DNA of 64,000 nt, from assembly GCA_025060535.1 (NCBI GenBank), contig JANXCA010000001.1:7730-71729 (forward strand), read 5' to 3'. The number at the start of each line of letters is the position of its first letter. Positions within the stretch are counted from its first letter, which is position 1. Of the stretch, positions 11,502-20,287 are shown one piece after another. The position numbers and the translations under genes are program-made. The notes under the pieces were generated by a model. That model was not told the DNA's origin and made no database searches. It worked only from the letters and a program-made list of their open reading frames with translations. Source of the stretch: Endomicrobiia bacterium. Lineage in GTDB: Bacteria; Elusimicrobiota; Endomicrobiia; DTEH01.

Positions 11502-13484
11502 TTAACTAATTTTCATTTCTTTTAATTGTTTTATTTTTTCTCTATACATAATTGCCGTTTCAAAATCAAGAACTTCTGCAGATTTTTTCATTTCTTCTCC
11601 TAAAAATTTTATTATTTTATCTATGTTGTCTTTATTTATATACTCAATTTTAATATCCCTTATCTCTGAAATATGTTTATTTTTAGCCATATATTGAAAT
11701 TCTTCTAATTCCTTCACAGATTTAACAATACTTTTAGGAGTAATGTTGTGCTTTTTATTGTATTCCATCTGAATTTTTCTTCTTCTTTCCATTTCTTCTA
11801 TAGCTTTTTTAATAGAATTTGTAATTTTATCTGCATAAAGAATTATTCTACTATTTATATTCCTAGCAGCCCGTCCTGCAAGCTGAATTAATGTTGTCTC
11901 GTTTCTTAAAAAACCCTCTCTGTCAGCATCAAGTATACAAACTAAAGAAACCTCAGGCAAATCTAAACCTTCTCTTAATAAATTTACTCCTACAAGTACA
12001 TCGAATTCTCCTTTTCTAAGATCTTTAATTATATTTATTCTTGTCAGTGCATCTAAATCAGAATGGATGTATCTTACCCTATATCCCTCAGAGGCAAGGT
12101 ATTCAGCTAAATCTTCTGCAGTACGTTTCGTCAATGTGTTAACTAACACTCTTTCTTTGTTTTTTACTACAATCTTAATTTCCTTCTTCACATCCTCTAC
12201 TTGAGAAGAACTTGAACGAATATACACTGGTGGATCTACTAAACCTGTAGGTCTTACTATTTGCTCAACAACTCTACCTTTAGAAATATTTATCTCCCAT
12301 TCACTTGGAGTTGCTGAAGAATATATCACATAGTTAAGCAGACTTAAAAATTCATCAAATTTTAAAGGTCGATTATCTAAAGCAGAAGGTAATCTAAATC
12401 CATAATCTACAAGAGTTTGTTTTCTAGATCGATCACCTTCATACATTCCATAAATCTGTGGGATTGTTACATGAGATTCATCTATTATACACAAAAAATC
12501 TTTAGGAAAATAATCAATCAAACATCCAGGACGTTCTCCAGGTTTTCTTCCTGAAAGATGCCTAGAGTAGTTTTCAATTCCATGACAAAACCCAGTTGTT
12601 TCTAAAAGTTCTAAATCGTTCATCGTACGACGATAAATTCTTTCTGCTTCAAGAAGTTTACCTTGTGATTTAAAAAATTCCACTCTCTCATCAAGTTCTT
12701 TTCTTATATTTTTTAATGCTTCTTCAAATTTTGGTGATGTAGTAACAAAGTGACTTGCTGGATAAATATAAAATTTTGTATGCTCTCTTATTACTTCGTT
12801 TGTTAATGGTTTCAATTCTTTTATATAAACTATTTCATCATCTTTTATTTTAACTCTTATGAAATTTTCAAGATAAGATGGCCATATATCAATAATATCT
12901 CCTTGATATCTAAATTTGTTACGAGTAAAATCAATATTATTTCTTTCATATCTTATTTTCACAAGTTCAGAAGTAAGAAAATCCATTGAAATTTTCTTGC
13001 CTACTTCAATATAAACACACAAATTTTTAAAATCCTCTGGTGATCCAATGTTATAAATACAGGAAACAGAAGCAACAACAATTACATCATCCCTAGATAG
13101 TAAGCTTGTAGTTGCCTTTAACCTTAATCTATCAATTTGTTCATTAATAGATGCATCCTTTTCTATATAAGTATCTGTCTCAGGAAGATATGCTTCTGGT
13201 TGATAATAATCATAATAAGAAATAAAATATTCAACAGCATTATTGGGAAAAAATTCTTTAAATTCAGAATAAAGTTGCGCTGCCAAGGTTTTATTGTGTG
13301 AAATAACTAATGTGGGTTTCTGAACTTTTGCAATTACATTTGCTAATGTGAATGTTTTACCAGAACCAGTTACACCTAATAAAACTTGATGTTTATAGTT
13401 TTTTTTAATACCTTCCACAAGTTGTTTAATAGCTTTAGGTTGATCTCCAGCTGGCTTAAATTTTGAGATGAGTTTAAATTTCAT
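11502..13484 (-). CDS. uvrB: Excinuclease ABC subunit B
   Basis: GVTGSGKT, YYDYYQPEAY, DESH, NLLREGLD, C-terminal UVR motif. Confidence 0.99.
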   Translation of the reverse strand: MKFKLISKFKPAGDQPKAIKQLVEGIKKNYKHQVLLGVTGSGKTFTLANVIAKVQKPTLVISHNKTLAAQLYSEFKEFFPNNAVEYFISYYDYYQPEAYLPETDTYIEKDASINEQIDRLRLKATTSLLSRDDVIVVASVSCIYNIGSPEDFKNLCVYIEVGKKISMDFLTSELVKIRYERNNIDFTRNKFRYQGDIIDIWPSYLENFIRVKIKDDEIVYIKELKPLTNEVIREHTKFYIYPASHFVTTSPKFEEALKNIRKELDERVEFFKSQGKLLEAERIYRRTMNDLELLETTGFCHGIENYSRHLSGRKPGERPGCLIDYFPKDFLCIIDESHVTIPQIYGMYEGDRSRKQTLVDYGFRLPSALDNRPLKFDEFLSLLNYVIYSSATPSEWEINISKGRVVEQIVRPTGLVDPPVYIRSSSSQVEDVKKEIKIVVKNKERVLVNTLTKRTAEDLAEYLASEGYRVRYIHSDLDALTRINIIKDLRKGEFDVLVGVNLLREGLDLPEVSLVCILDADREGFLRNETTLIQLAGRAARNINSRIILYADKITNSIKKAIEEMERRRKIQMEYNKKHNITPKSIVKSVKELEEFQYMAKNKHISEIRDIKIEYINKDNIDKIIKFLGEEMKKSAEVLDFETAIMYREKIKQLKEMKIS

Positions 13485-13491
13485 ATATTGG

Positions 13492-14253
13492 TTATATTTT
13501 AAAATCTTTAAAAAAATCTCCTAACATTTTTATCTCAACATAATTAGTGATATCAAATGTCAAAGGAGTAATGGAAATATATCCATTCTCTACAGCAGAA
13601 ACATCGGAAGATGGTTTTTTTTTAGATGAATTTTTGACTAATTTACTTTTTAACCAATAATAAGGAAGACCTATAGGGTCCTTTTTTTTATGCACAACAT
13701 CTTCATATCTTCTTTCTCCTAATGATGTTATTTTTATACCTTTTGGTTTTCCTTTAGGAAAGTTTATATTTAGGAAGTATTTTCTATGTGGTGTGCTATT
13801 CTTCATAATATATTCTACTATCATTCTTACAAATTTTGAAACTAAATCATAATTATTCCCTAAAGCAGAAACTGCTATCCCTGTAGTATTTAGAAACACT
13901 GCTTCTCTTGCTGCAGCAACTGTGCCAGAGTAGTTTACATCTTGACCTAAATTCGGACCTTGATTTATCCCAGAAATCACTATATCTGTTTTAAATTTCT
14001 GAAATTCTATAATACCCAATCTAACACAATCCGCAGGTGTACCTGAAACTAGTTTTATATTATAACTATCCAATTTAACATCTCTTACTCTCACAGGCAC
14101 ATATAAACTCAATGAATGACTAATTGCAGACATTTCTTTTTCAGGGACAATCACACATATATTTCCGATCTTCTCCATCTCTTTTATTAATGGTATTAAA
14201 CCATAACTAAATAAACCATCGTCATTGGTGATAAGTATATTATATTTTTTCAT
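13492..14253 (-). CDS. surE: 5'/3'-nucleotidase SurE
   Basis: ITNDDG, GTPADCV, SGINQGPN, YSGTVAAA. Confidence 0.96.
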   Translation of the reverse strand: MKKYNILITNDDGLFSYGLIPLIKEMEKIGNICVIVPEKEMSAISHSLSLYVPVRVRDVKLDSYNIKLVSGTPADCVRLGIIEFQKFKTDIVISGINQGPNLGQDVNYSGTVAAAREAVFLNTTGIAVSALGNNYDLVSKFVRMIVEYIMKNSTPHRKYFLNINFPKGKPKGIKITSLGERRYEDVVHKKKDPIGLPYYWLKSKLVKNSSKKKPSSDVSAVENGYISITPLTFDITNYVEIKMLGDFFKDFKI

Positions 14254-14279
14254 TATTTCATAAATAATAATTAAAATAA

Positions 14280-15830
14280 TTATCTAGCATAATCCTCTAC
14301 TCTTACTTCCCTAATTACCACTACTTTTATCTGCCCAGGATAGTCTACTTCCTCTTCTATCTTTTTTGAAATATCTCTGGCTAAAATACTAATTTGGCTA
14401 TCATTTATTTTCTCTGCATCCACCAAAACTCTTAGCTCTCTACCTGCATAAATCGCATATGCGTTTTCTACACCTTTAAATGATTTTGCTATTTGTTCTA
14501 TTTTTTCTATGCGTTTTACATAATGTTCAACAGTATCTTGTCTTGCACCAGGTCTTGAAGCAGATATTGCATCAGCTGCTGCCAAAATAAATGCTTCTAA
14601 ACTTTTAGGTTCAACTATTCCTTCATGATGAGACAAAATTGCATTTATCATTTTTTCTGATTCACCATATTTTCTAGCAATATCTGCAGAAATCTGATGA
14701 TGCGCTCCTTCGACTTCATGACTTACTGCTTTTCCTATATCATGAAGCAAACCAGCCCTTTTACAAAAGTTGATATCTGCTCCTAACTCTCCAGCAATAG
14801 CACCCGCTATTAAAGCCACTTCTTTTGTATGTTGAAGTTGATTTTGACCATAAGAAGTTCTAAATTTAAGTTTTCCTAATAATTTTAAAATATAAGGATC
14901 TAATCCAAATACACCCACCTCCATTGCTAAATCTTCTCCTATTTTTTTAACATGTTCCTCAAATTCTGCTTTAGTTTTATTTACTATTTCTTCAACTCTA
15001 GCTGGATGAATTCTACTATCTTGAATAAGTCTTTCCATAGCAATCTTTGCTATCTCTCGCCTTACAGGATCAAAAGATGAAATAACCAATGTCTCTGGAG
15101 TATCATCTACTATAACATCTACACCTGTGAGTTGTTCAAATACTCTAATATTTCTTCCTTCTCGACCAATAATTCTTCCTTTTAGATCATCCGGAATAGA
15201 AATTATGGTGGTAGTATTATCAATAGCAACTTCTGAAGCTATTCTCTGCATAGCAGTAACAAGTATTTCTTTGGCCTTTTTGTCAACTGTTTCTTTGAAC
15301 TCTTCTTCATATTTTTTAAGTTTTACCGCAAATTCATTTTTTACATCTTCTTCTAAACTTTGAAGCAGTATTTTTTTAGCTTCTTCTTGAGATAAACCAG
15401 ATATTCTTTCAAGAATTTGCCTCTGTTTTTCTTGTTGTTGTAAAAGTAACTTTTTTTCTTCCTCTAATTTTAAATACTCTTGTTTGATTTTATTTTCTTT
15501 CTCATATAACTCTTTCGTCCTTTTGTCTATAATTTCATACTTTCTATCTATTGCTTCTTCTTTAGCTCTTATTTTTCTTTCCCAAGCAAGAAGTTCCTGT
15601 CTGTGTTCTCTATTTGACCGCTCTAATTCTGCTCTTTCTTTTTCAATTATATATCGTGCCTCTTGTTTTGCTTTTTTAATCTCTTCTTCTGATAATTTTT
15701 TAGCTTCCTCTAAAATTTTTTTTGCTTGCATCTCAATAGATGCAAAAGATCTTTTAGCATAAAGATATCTTAATAAATAACCTATAATGACTCCTATAAT
15801 TAGAAATATAACCATTACTAAGATATTCAT
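14280..15830 (-). CDS. rny: Ribonuclease Y
   Basis: N-terminal TM, coiled coil, KH domain ([12 protein letters not shown]), HD domain (LLHDIGK). Confidence 0.98.
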   Translation of the reverse strand: MNILVMVIFLIIGVIIGYLLRYLYAKRSFASIEMQAKKILEEAKKLSEEEIKKAKQEARYIIEKERAELERSNREHRQELLAWERKIRAKEEAIDRKYEIIDKRTKELYEKENKIKQEYLKLEEEKKLLLQQQEKQRQILERISGLSQEEAKKILLQSLEEDVKNEFAVKLKKYEEEFKETVDKKAKEILVTAMQRIASEVAIDNTTTIISIPDDLKGRIIGREGRNIRVFEQLTGVDVIVDDTPETLVISSFDPVRREIAKIAMERLIQDSRIHPARVEEIVNKTKAEFEEHVKKIGEDLAMEVGVFGLDPYILKLLGKLKFRTSYGQNQLQHTKEVALIAGAIAGELGADINFCKRAGLLHDIGKAVSHEVEGAHHQISADIARKYGESEKMINAILSHHEGIVEPKSLEAFILAAADAISASRPGARQDTVEHYVKRIEKIEQIAKSFKGVENAYAIYAGRELRVLVDAEKINDSQISILARDISKKIEEEVDYPGQIKVVVIREVRVEDYAR

Positions 15831-15853
15831 AATTCTAACTCCTTTCTTAGAAA

Positions 15854-16426
15854 TTAAACTTGAATAAAAAAGTTCTCAGAAAGCACACAACTAACTCGAA
15901 CATCATATTCTTCAACAGGTAAAAAATCTATTATTTGGAAATCATAACAAATTCCGCAACTAAAACTTTTTGCTTTCTTTAATAATCTATCGTAATACCC
16001 ACCTCCATAACCAATTCTAAAACATCTTTTATCAAAAACTATTCCTGGCACTAATATAAAATCTATTATTTCTAAACTATCTATATCTCCATCATTTTCT
16101 AATTTTGTGGGCTCATATATCCCAAATTTATTCTTTACAAATTTTCCATTATATTTTCTTATTAAAAGTTCTTTATGCTCAAAATCTATTACAGGAAAAT
16201 AAAAATTTTTATTCTTATATTTTAATAACTCTAAAGTATCTATTTCTTTCTTAAATGGATAATAAATTAAAATATTTTTTGATAATTTAAATTTTTCTAA
16301 TTCAACCAATCTTTCAATAACTTTGCTACTTTTTTCTTTTACCTCTATATCGGATAATTTTTCCCTTAATTCTAAAAATTTTTTTCTTAAAAACTGTTTT
16401 TTTTCTGTTTTATCATCTCTCTCCAT
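15854..16426 (-). CDS. ygfA: 5-formyltetrahydrofolate cyclo-ligase (YgfA/Fau family)
   Basis: [26 protein letters not shown]; overlaps the end of rarA by 40 nt. Confidence 0.93.
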   Translation of the reverse strand: MERDDKTEKKQFLRKKFLELREKLSDIEVKEKSSKVIERLVELEKFKLSKNILIYYPFKKEIDTLELLKYKNKNFYFPVIDFEHKELLIRKYNGKFVKNKFGIYEPTKLENDGDIDSLEIIDFILVPGIVFDKRCFRIGYGGGYYDRLLKKAKSFSCGICYDFQIIDFLPVEEYDVRVSCVLSENFFIQV

Positions 16427-17688
16427 CTCTCTAATCTCTGTTTTATTTCTTTCTCTTTGCCAATATCTTTAGGAAAATAAAAAAATTTTCTTGTATTCAT
16501 ATATTTTTGGACCACAAAACCATCCTCAAAGTCATGAGGATAAAGATAACCTTTACCATGTCCTAAAAATTTTTCATCTCTATGACCGTCCTTAAGATGT
16601 TGGGGAACTTCTTCAATTAAGCCTTTGTTTATTTCTTCTTTTACTCTATTTAAAGCTTCATAACATGCATTTGATTTTTCAGCACAAGATAGATAACACA
16701 CTACTTGTGCCAAAATTATTTCCATCTCAGGCATACCTACAAACTCAGCTGCCTCTAAAGCAGAAGTTGCTAAAACTAAGGCAAAAGGATCAGCATTACC
16801 TATATCTTCTGAGGCTAAAATTATAAGTCTTCTAATTATATATCTTGGATCTTCACCAGCCATAAGCATTTTCTGCATCCAATAAAGAGCGGCATCAGGA
16901 TCTGAACCACGAATTGATTTAATAAGTGCAGAAATATGGTCATAATGATAATCAGATTTTTTATCATACTTAAAAGAAACAGAAGGAATACATTGTTTTA
17001 TTATATCCAAACTTATATTATTACTTTTTATCCCAATTAAGTAAGAACAAACTATATCAATTACATTTAATGCTTTCCTTGCATCTCCATCTGAATATTT
17101 AACAATATATTCAATAGCATCTGGTTGTATTTCAAATTTATACCTACCTAAACCATTCTCCTCATCAGACAAAACTCTTTCTATAATAATTTTTATATTT
17201 TCTTCAGAAAGTTTTTTAAATTCAGCAACAAATGAACGCGAAATCAATGCTTGATTCACATAATAATATGGATTCTCAGTTGTCAAACCAATAAGAATTA
17301 TATTTCCACTCTCAATTTCAGGCAATAATATATCTTGTTGGTATCTGTTAAAATGATGAATCTCATCAAGTATCAAAATTATCCTGTTAGATGACTTATA
17401 TTTTAGATTTTTAATCATCTCTTTAAGCTCAGAAATACCCACTAATGTTGCATTTGTTTCTATAACTTCGGATTTTGTTTTTTTAGCTATAAGTTTAGCT
17501 AAAGCTGTCTTGCCTGTACCAGGAGGGCCAAATAAAATTAAAGAAAAAATTTTATCTTGTTCTATTAAATTCCTCAAAACAGAATTCTTACCCAAAAGAT
17601 GCTCTTGCCCAACAAACTCATCAAAATCTTTGGGTAAGAATTTACTAGCTAATGGAAGATTTTTTTGATGAATAGAAAATAAATTCAT
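16387..17688 (-). CDS. rarA: Replication-associated recombination protein A (MgsA/RarA AAA+ ATPase)
   Basis: GPPGTGKT, LDEIH, TTENP, KSIRGSDPDAA, SEDIGNADP, YLYPHD. Confidence 0.96.
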   Translation of the reverse strand: MNLFSIHQKNLPLASKFLPKDFDEFVGQEHLLGKNSVLRNLIEQDKIFSLILFGPPGTGKTALAKLIAKKTKSEVIETNATLVGISELKEMIKNLKYKSSNRIILILDEIHHFNRYQQDILLPEIESGNIILIGLTTENPYYYVNQALISRSFVAEFKKLSEENIKIIIERVLSDEENGLGRYKFEIQPDAIEYIVKYSDGDARKALNVIDIVCSYLIGIKSNNISLDIIKQCIPSVSFKYDKKSDYHYDHISALIKSIRGSDPDAALYWMQKMLMAGEDPRYIIRRLIILASEDIGNADPFALVLATSALEAAEFVGMPEMEIILAQVVCYLSCAEKSNACYEALNRVKEEINKGLIEEVPQHLKDGHRDEKFLGHGKGYLYPHDFEDGFVVQKYMNTRKFFYFPKDIGKEKEIKQRLERWREMIKQKKNSF

Positions 17689-17707
17689 AATTTTAACAAA
17701 AATAATA

Positions 17708-17740
17708 TAAAAAGGAGTAAATTAAGGAAGGAATTTATGG
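17708..17740. repeat. Inverted repeat arm downstream of zapA (pairs with 18056..18087)
   Basis: 17708..17731 TAAAAAGGAGTAAATTAAGGAAGG is the exact reverse complement of 18064..18087; 17734..17740 TTTATGG also pairs with 18056..18062 CCATAAA. Confidence 0.97.
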
Positions 17741-17744
17741 AATG

Positions 17745-18059
17745 TTAATTATTAGGATTTTCTTCTAAATATTTACTTATTTCTTCTATAAGAGAATTAA
17801 TTTTTAATTCCAAATTTATGACCTTCTCTTCTGCTTTTTTCTCCAAATTAAATTTTTCTTTTGCTATTTCTAATGAAGTATATGCGTAACTCCTCATAGT
17901 ATCAACTTGATACTGTTTAACTTCATTAAACTTTTTATTAACATGATCAGCTACAAGCTCAAAAAACATCTTTTCTATAGGAGAATCAATATCCAAAAAA
18001 ATTTCTTGTGTACCTATCTTTACTGAAAATCTTTCAGTAATTTCTTGCTTATTTACCAT
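17745..18059 (-). CDS. zapA: Cell division protein ZapA family
   Basis: 104 aa; VKIG beta-strand, LVADHVNKKFNEV...DT...SLEIA pattern and C-terminal coiled coil; typical zapB-zapA-ygfA-rny neighbourhood. Confidence 0.8.
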   Translation of the reverse strand: MVNKQEITERFSVKIGTQEIFLDIDSPIEKMFFELVADHVNKKFNEVKQYQVDTMRSYAYTSLEIAKEKFNLEKKAEEKVINLELKINSLIEEISKYLEENPNN

Positions 18060-18087
18060 AAAACCTTCCTTAATTTACTCCTTTTTA
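18056..18087. repeat. Inverted repeat arm forming the zapA 5' UTR, RBS and start codon
   Basis: Minus strand reads TAAAAAGGAGTAAATTAAGGAAGG-T-TTTATGG and includes the SD and ATG (18059..18057). Confidence 0.97.
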
Positions 18088-18095
18088 ATATAAAA

Positions 18096-18124
18096 ATAAT
18101 ATAAATTTAAAAAATAGAAGTCAA
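18096..18124 (-). promoter_or_regulatory. Putative sigma70 promoter of zapA
   Basis: TTGACT (18124..18119)-17 nt-TATTAT (18101..18096); predicted start near 18089. Confidence 0.65.
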
Positions 18125-18159
18125 TACTTAAAAAATCTTAAAAAATTTTAAAAAATTTA

Positions 18160-18435
18160 TTAAAACGCTTCAGAAATTTTATCTATCAACTTTTTGATTT
18201 TTTGTTTCACAATTTCTGTTTTAGATTGTAGATTTAGATAATCTTTATAGAAATTTTGAAGTTTTTTGTTTTCTTCTTTTAAAAGTTTTATATCACTATT
18301 CAAACGAGTATTCTCTGCTTTAAGAAATTCAATCTGTTTTATAAATTCCTTTAATTTTATCTCTAATAATGAAATTTGGTTTTCTAAATTTTCTAATCTA
18401 CTTAACAAATTGTGATAGCCTTTTATATCATTCAT
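18160..18435 (-). CDS. ZapB-like coiled-coil protein
   Basis: 91-aa heptad coiled coil ending KIKKLIDKI, directly upstream of zapA. Confidence 0.65.
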   Translation of the reverse strand: MNDIKGYHNLLSRLENLENQISLLEIKLKEFIKQIEFLKAENTRLNSDIKLLKEENKKLQNFYKDYLNLQSKTEIVKQKIKKLIDKISEAF

Positions 18436-19106
18436 TATTTACTCTTTAATAAATATCCATATTCATCAAATAAAAATATTCTTCTTCTACATTTAGGACA
18501 TAAAATTTCATATAAATTTTCTCTTTGATAAAACTGAAAAAATTTTTTTTCTTTAAAAGGAAAATTCAATTTTTCATTTATTACCTGTAGTAAGTTTATA
18601 TTTCCAAAAGATTTATGACCAAGCTTTTGTATTATGTAAAGAAAGTGAGATTTTGTAGAAATAACACTTCTGCAATAAGAACATAAAATAAGTTCATGTT
18701 TTATCTCTTCTGATTTTAACGTTTCCCTATTAGTAGTAGCAAGTTCAAAATCTTTTGACATAACTACACCTGGTATTTTTTCATTTCTAGTAGTACAGTT
18801 TCTTGCACACTGAGCACAGAAAATACATTCATCATAAAACCATACTAAGTATCTTACACCAGAAACTATTTCAACAGAACCTTGAGATGTAAGTTCAGTT
18901 TTCAGTTCATCTTTAAGTTTAATCGCTCCCGTAGGGCATACCTCTACACAAGCTCCACAACCAATACACCCTTCCTGTGAGGGATCTGGCCTACCACGAA
19001 AACTCTCAGGTGGAATATGAGGTTCAAAGGGATATTTAGTAGTAGCAGGACCTTTAATCAAAGCTTTAATGGCTTCTTTTATTTCTCTTAATTTGGGATA
19101 TTTCAT
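18435..19106 (-). CDS. Hydrogenase 4Fe-4S subunit (NuoI/MbhN/HycF-like)
   Basis: TTKYPF...FRGRP, CIGCGACVEVCP, CIFCAQCARNC, plus C-terminal CSYC/CPKC. Confidence 0.9.
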   Translation of the reverse strand: MKYPKLREIKEAIKALIKGPATTKYPFEPHIPPESFRGRPDPSQEGCIGCGACVEVCPTGAIKLKDELKTELTSQGSVEIVSGVRYLVWFYDECIFCAQCARNCTTRNEKIPGVVMSKDFELATTNRETLKSEEIKHELILCSYCRSVISTKSHFLYIIQKLGHKSFGNINLLQVINEKLNFPFKEKKFFQFYQRENLYEILCPKCRRRIFLFDEYGYLLKSK

Positions 19107-19441
19107 TTTATTCTTTCTTTATAATTTCTGTACTCATCACATACAGATTGCTGACACATTTTTACACCGGATTTATAAGCTGCTTTTGCTAAAGCATGAG
19201 ATGATACAGGTGACGTCAAAAATACAAAAATAATTATTAATAAGGCTTTTAAACCTATAATTGTAAAACCATAGTAGAAAAATACTCCAAAAAATATGCC
19301 ACAAGTTCCTAAGGTTACACATTTAGTAGATGCTTGTAACCTAGTATATACATCAGGAAATCTTACCAAACCCAAGCATCCTATTAAATCTGCTATTATT
19401 CCAATTGTTATAAAAAATAATCCTATAATTTCATTCATCAA
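19103..19441 (-). CDS. mnhG: Mrp antiporter subunit G-like (MbhC)
   Basis: GLVRFPDVYTRLQASTK, LTSPVSSHALAKAA. Confidence 0.92.
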   Translation of the reverse strand: MMNEIIGLFFITIGIIADLIGCLGLVRFPDVYTRLQASTKCVTLGTCGIFFGVFFYYGFTIIGLKALLIIIFVFLTSPVSSHALAKAAYKSGVKMCQQSVCDEYRNYKERIK

Positions 19442-19766
19442 ATTTTTTCCCCTCCAGGTATTTTGCTAAAGCTAAATTCCCTATAAATGATTGTAATGCC
19501 CAAGCTATTGCTACATCTATAAAAAATGCTGCTTTTGTAAAAACTGTAATAATTCCACATATACCTACTACTATAAGTCCCAAAATATCTGTAGCTACAG
19601 CTCGGTCTGCAGGTGAAGGTCCAAGAAATATCCTATAAAGACACAAAATTATACTCAAAATCATAGGATTTACAAATCTTATAATTAAATCCATTTTTAT
19701 AACTAAATTAGATATTATAAAAACAGCTATTAAAACTAAACAAATGATATAATTTATTTTTTTCAT
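19431..19766 (-). CDS. mnhF: Mrp antiporter subunit F-like (MbhB)
   Basis: YRIFLGPSPADRAVATD, FIGNLALAKYL. Confidence 0.9.
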   Translation of the reverse strand: MKKINYIICLVLIAVFIISNLVIKMDLIIRFVNPMILSIILCLYRIFLGPSPADRAVATDILGLIVVGICGIITVFTKAAFFIDVAIAWALQSFIGNLALAKYLEGKKFDE

Positions 19767-19780
19767 ATCATGAAAATAAA

Positions 19781-20287
19781 CTACTTACACGTAATTTTCA
19801 TTAGAATTTTTTCAAATTTATGAGCTATTTTTTTAGTAACAGCTTCCACGTCTACGTCTCTTACATATATCCAATGCACATAAATATATCCATTCTCTTT
19901 ATCTATATCAACACTCAAAGTACCTGGTGTCAATGTTATTGAATTTGCCAAAATTGTTAAAAATGCATCTGATTTTATACTAGTTTTAACTTTAACTATT
20001 CCGGGTTTTATTGGCATATTAGGTGATAAAATTCTATATGCTACATCTATATTGGCTTTTATTACTTCATAAAGGAAAATAATAATATAATATAAAAACC
20101 ATAAATACCTTTGTGGTTTTTTAAATGTCCACTCATTTTGAATATTAATATCTCCAAATAATAATATAAGTATAACACTACAAATAATACCGAATATTAC
20201 ATTATAAATTTCAAATCCAGACAAAATTATCCATACCAAAAAAACTAAACATATAAGAAAAATTTTCCTATACACTCTTATTTTCAT
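19781..20287 (-). CDS. mnhE: Mrp antiporter subunit E-like (MbhA)
   Basis: KANIDVA, IKPGIV, LANSITLTPGTLSVD, YVHW. Confidence 0.93.
   Translation of the reverse strand: MKIRVYRKIFLICLVFLVWIILSGFEIYNVIFGIICSVILILLFGDINIQNEWTFKKPQRYLWFLYYIIIFLYEVIKANIDVAYRILSPNMPIKPGIVKVKTSIKSDAFLTILANSITLTPGTLSVDIDKENGYIYVHWIYVRDVDVEAVTKKIAHKFEKILMKITCK

Noticed and set aside
17737..17748. Plus-strand mini-ORF ATG GAA TGT TAA behind the mirrored SD
   Set aside because: It is a by-product of the inverted repeat: three codons and no clear plus-strand promoter.
17698..18105. 14-bp direct repeat AAAAATAATATAAA (17698..17711 and 18092..18105) flanking the zapA inverted repeat, suggesting TSD plus TIR of a MITE
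   Set aside because: It is A/T only in an AT-rich genome and not flush with both arms. One copy is the -10 region. The cargo is a syntenic core gene and there is no transposase.
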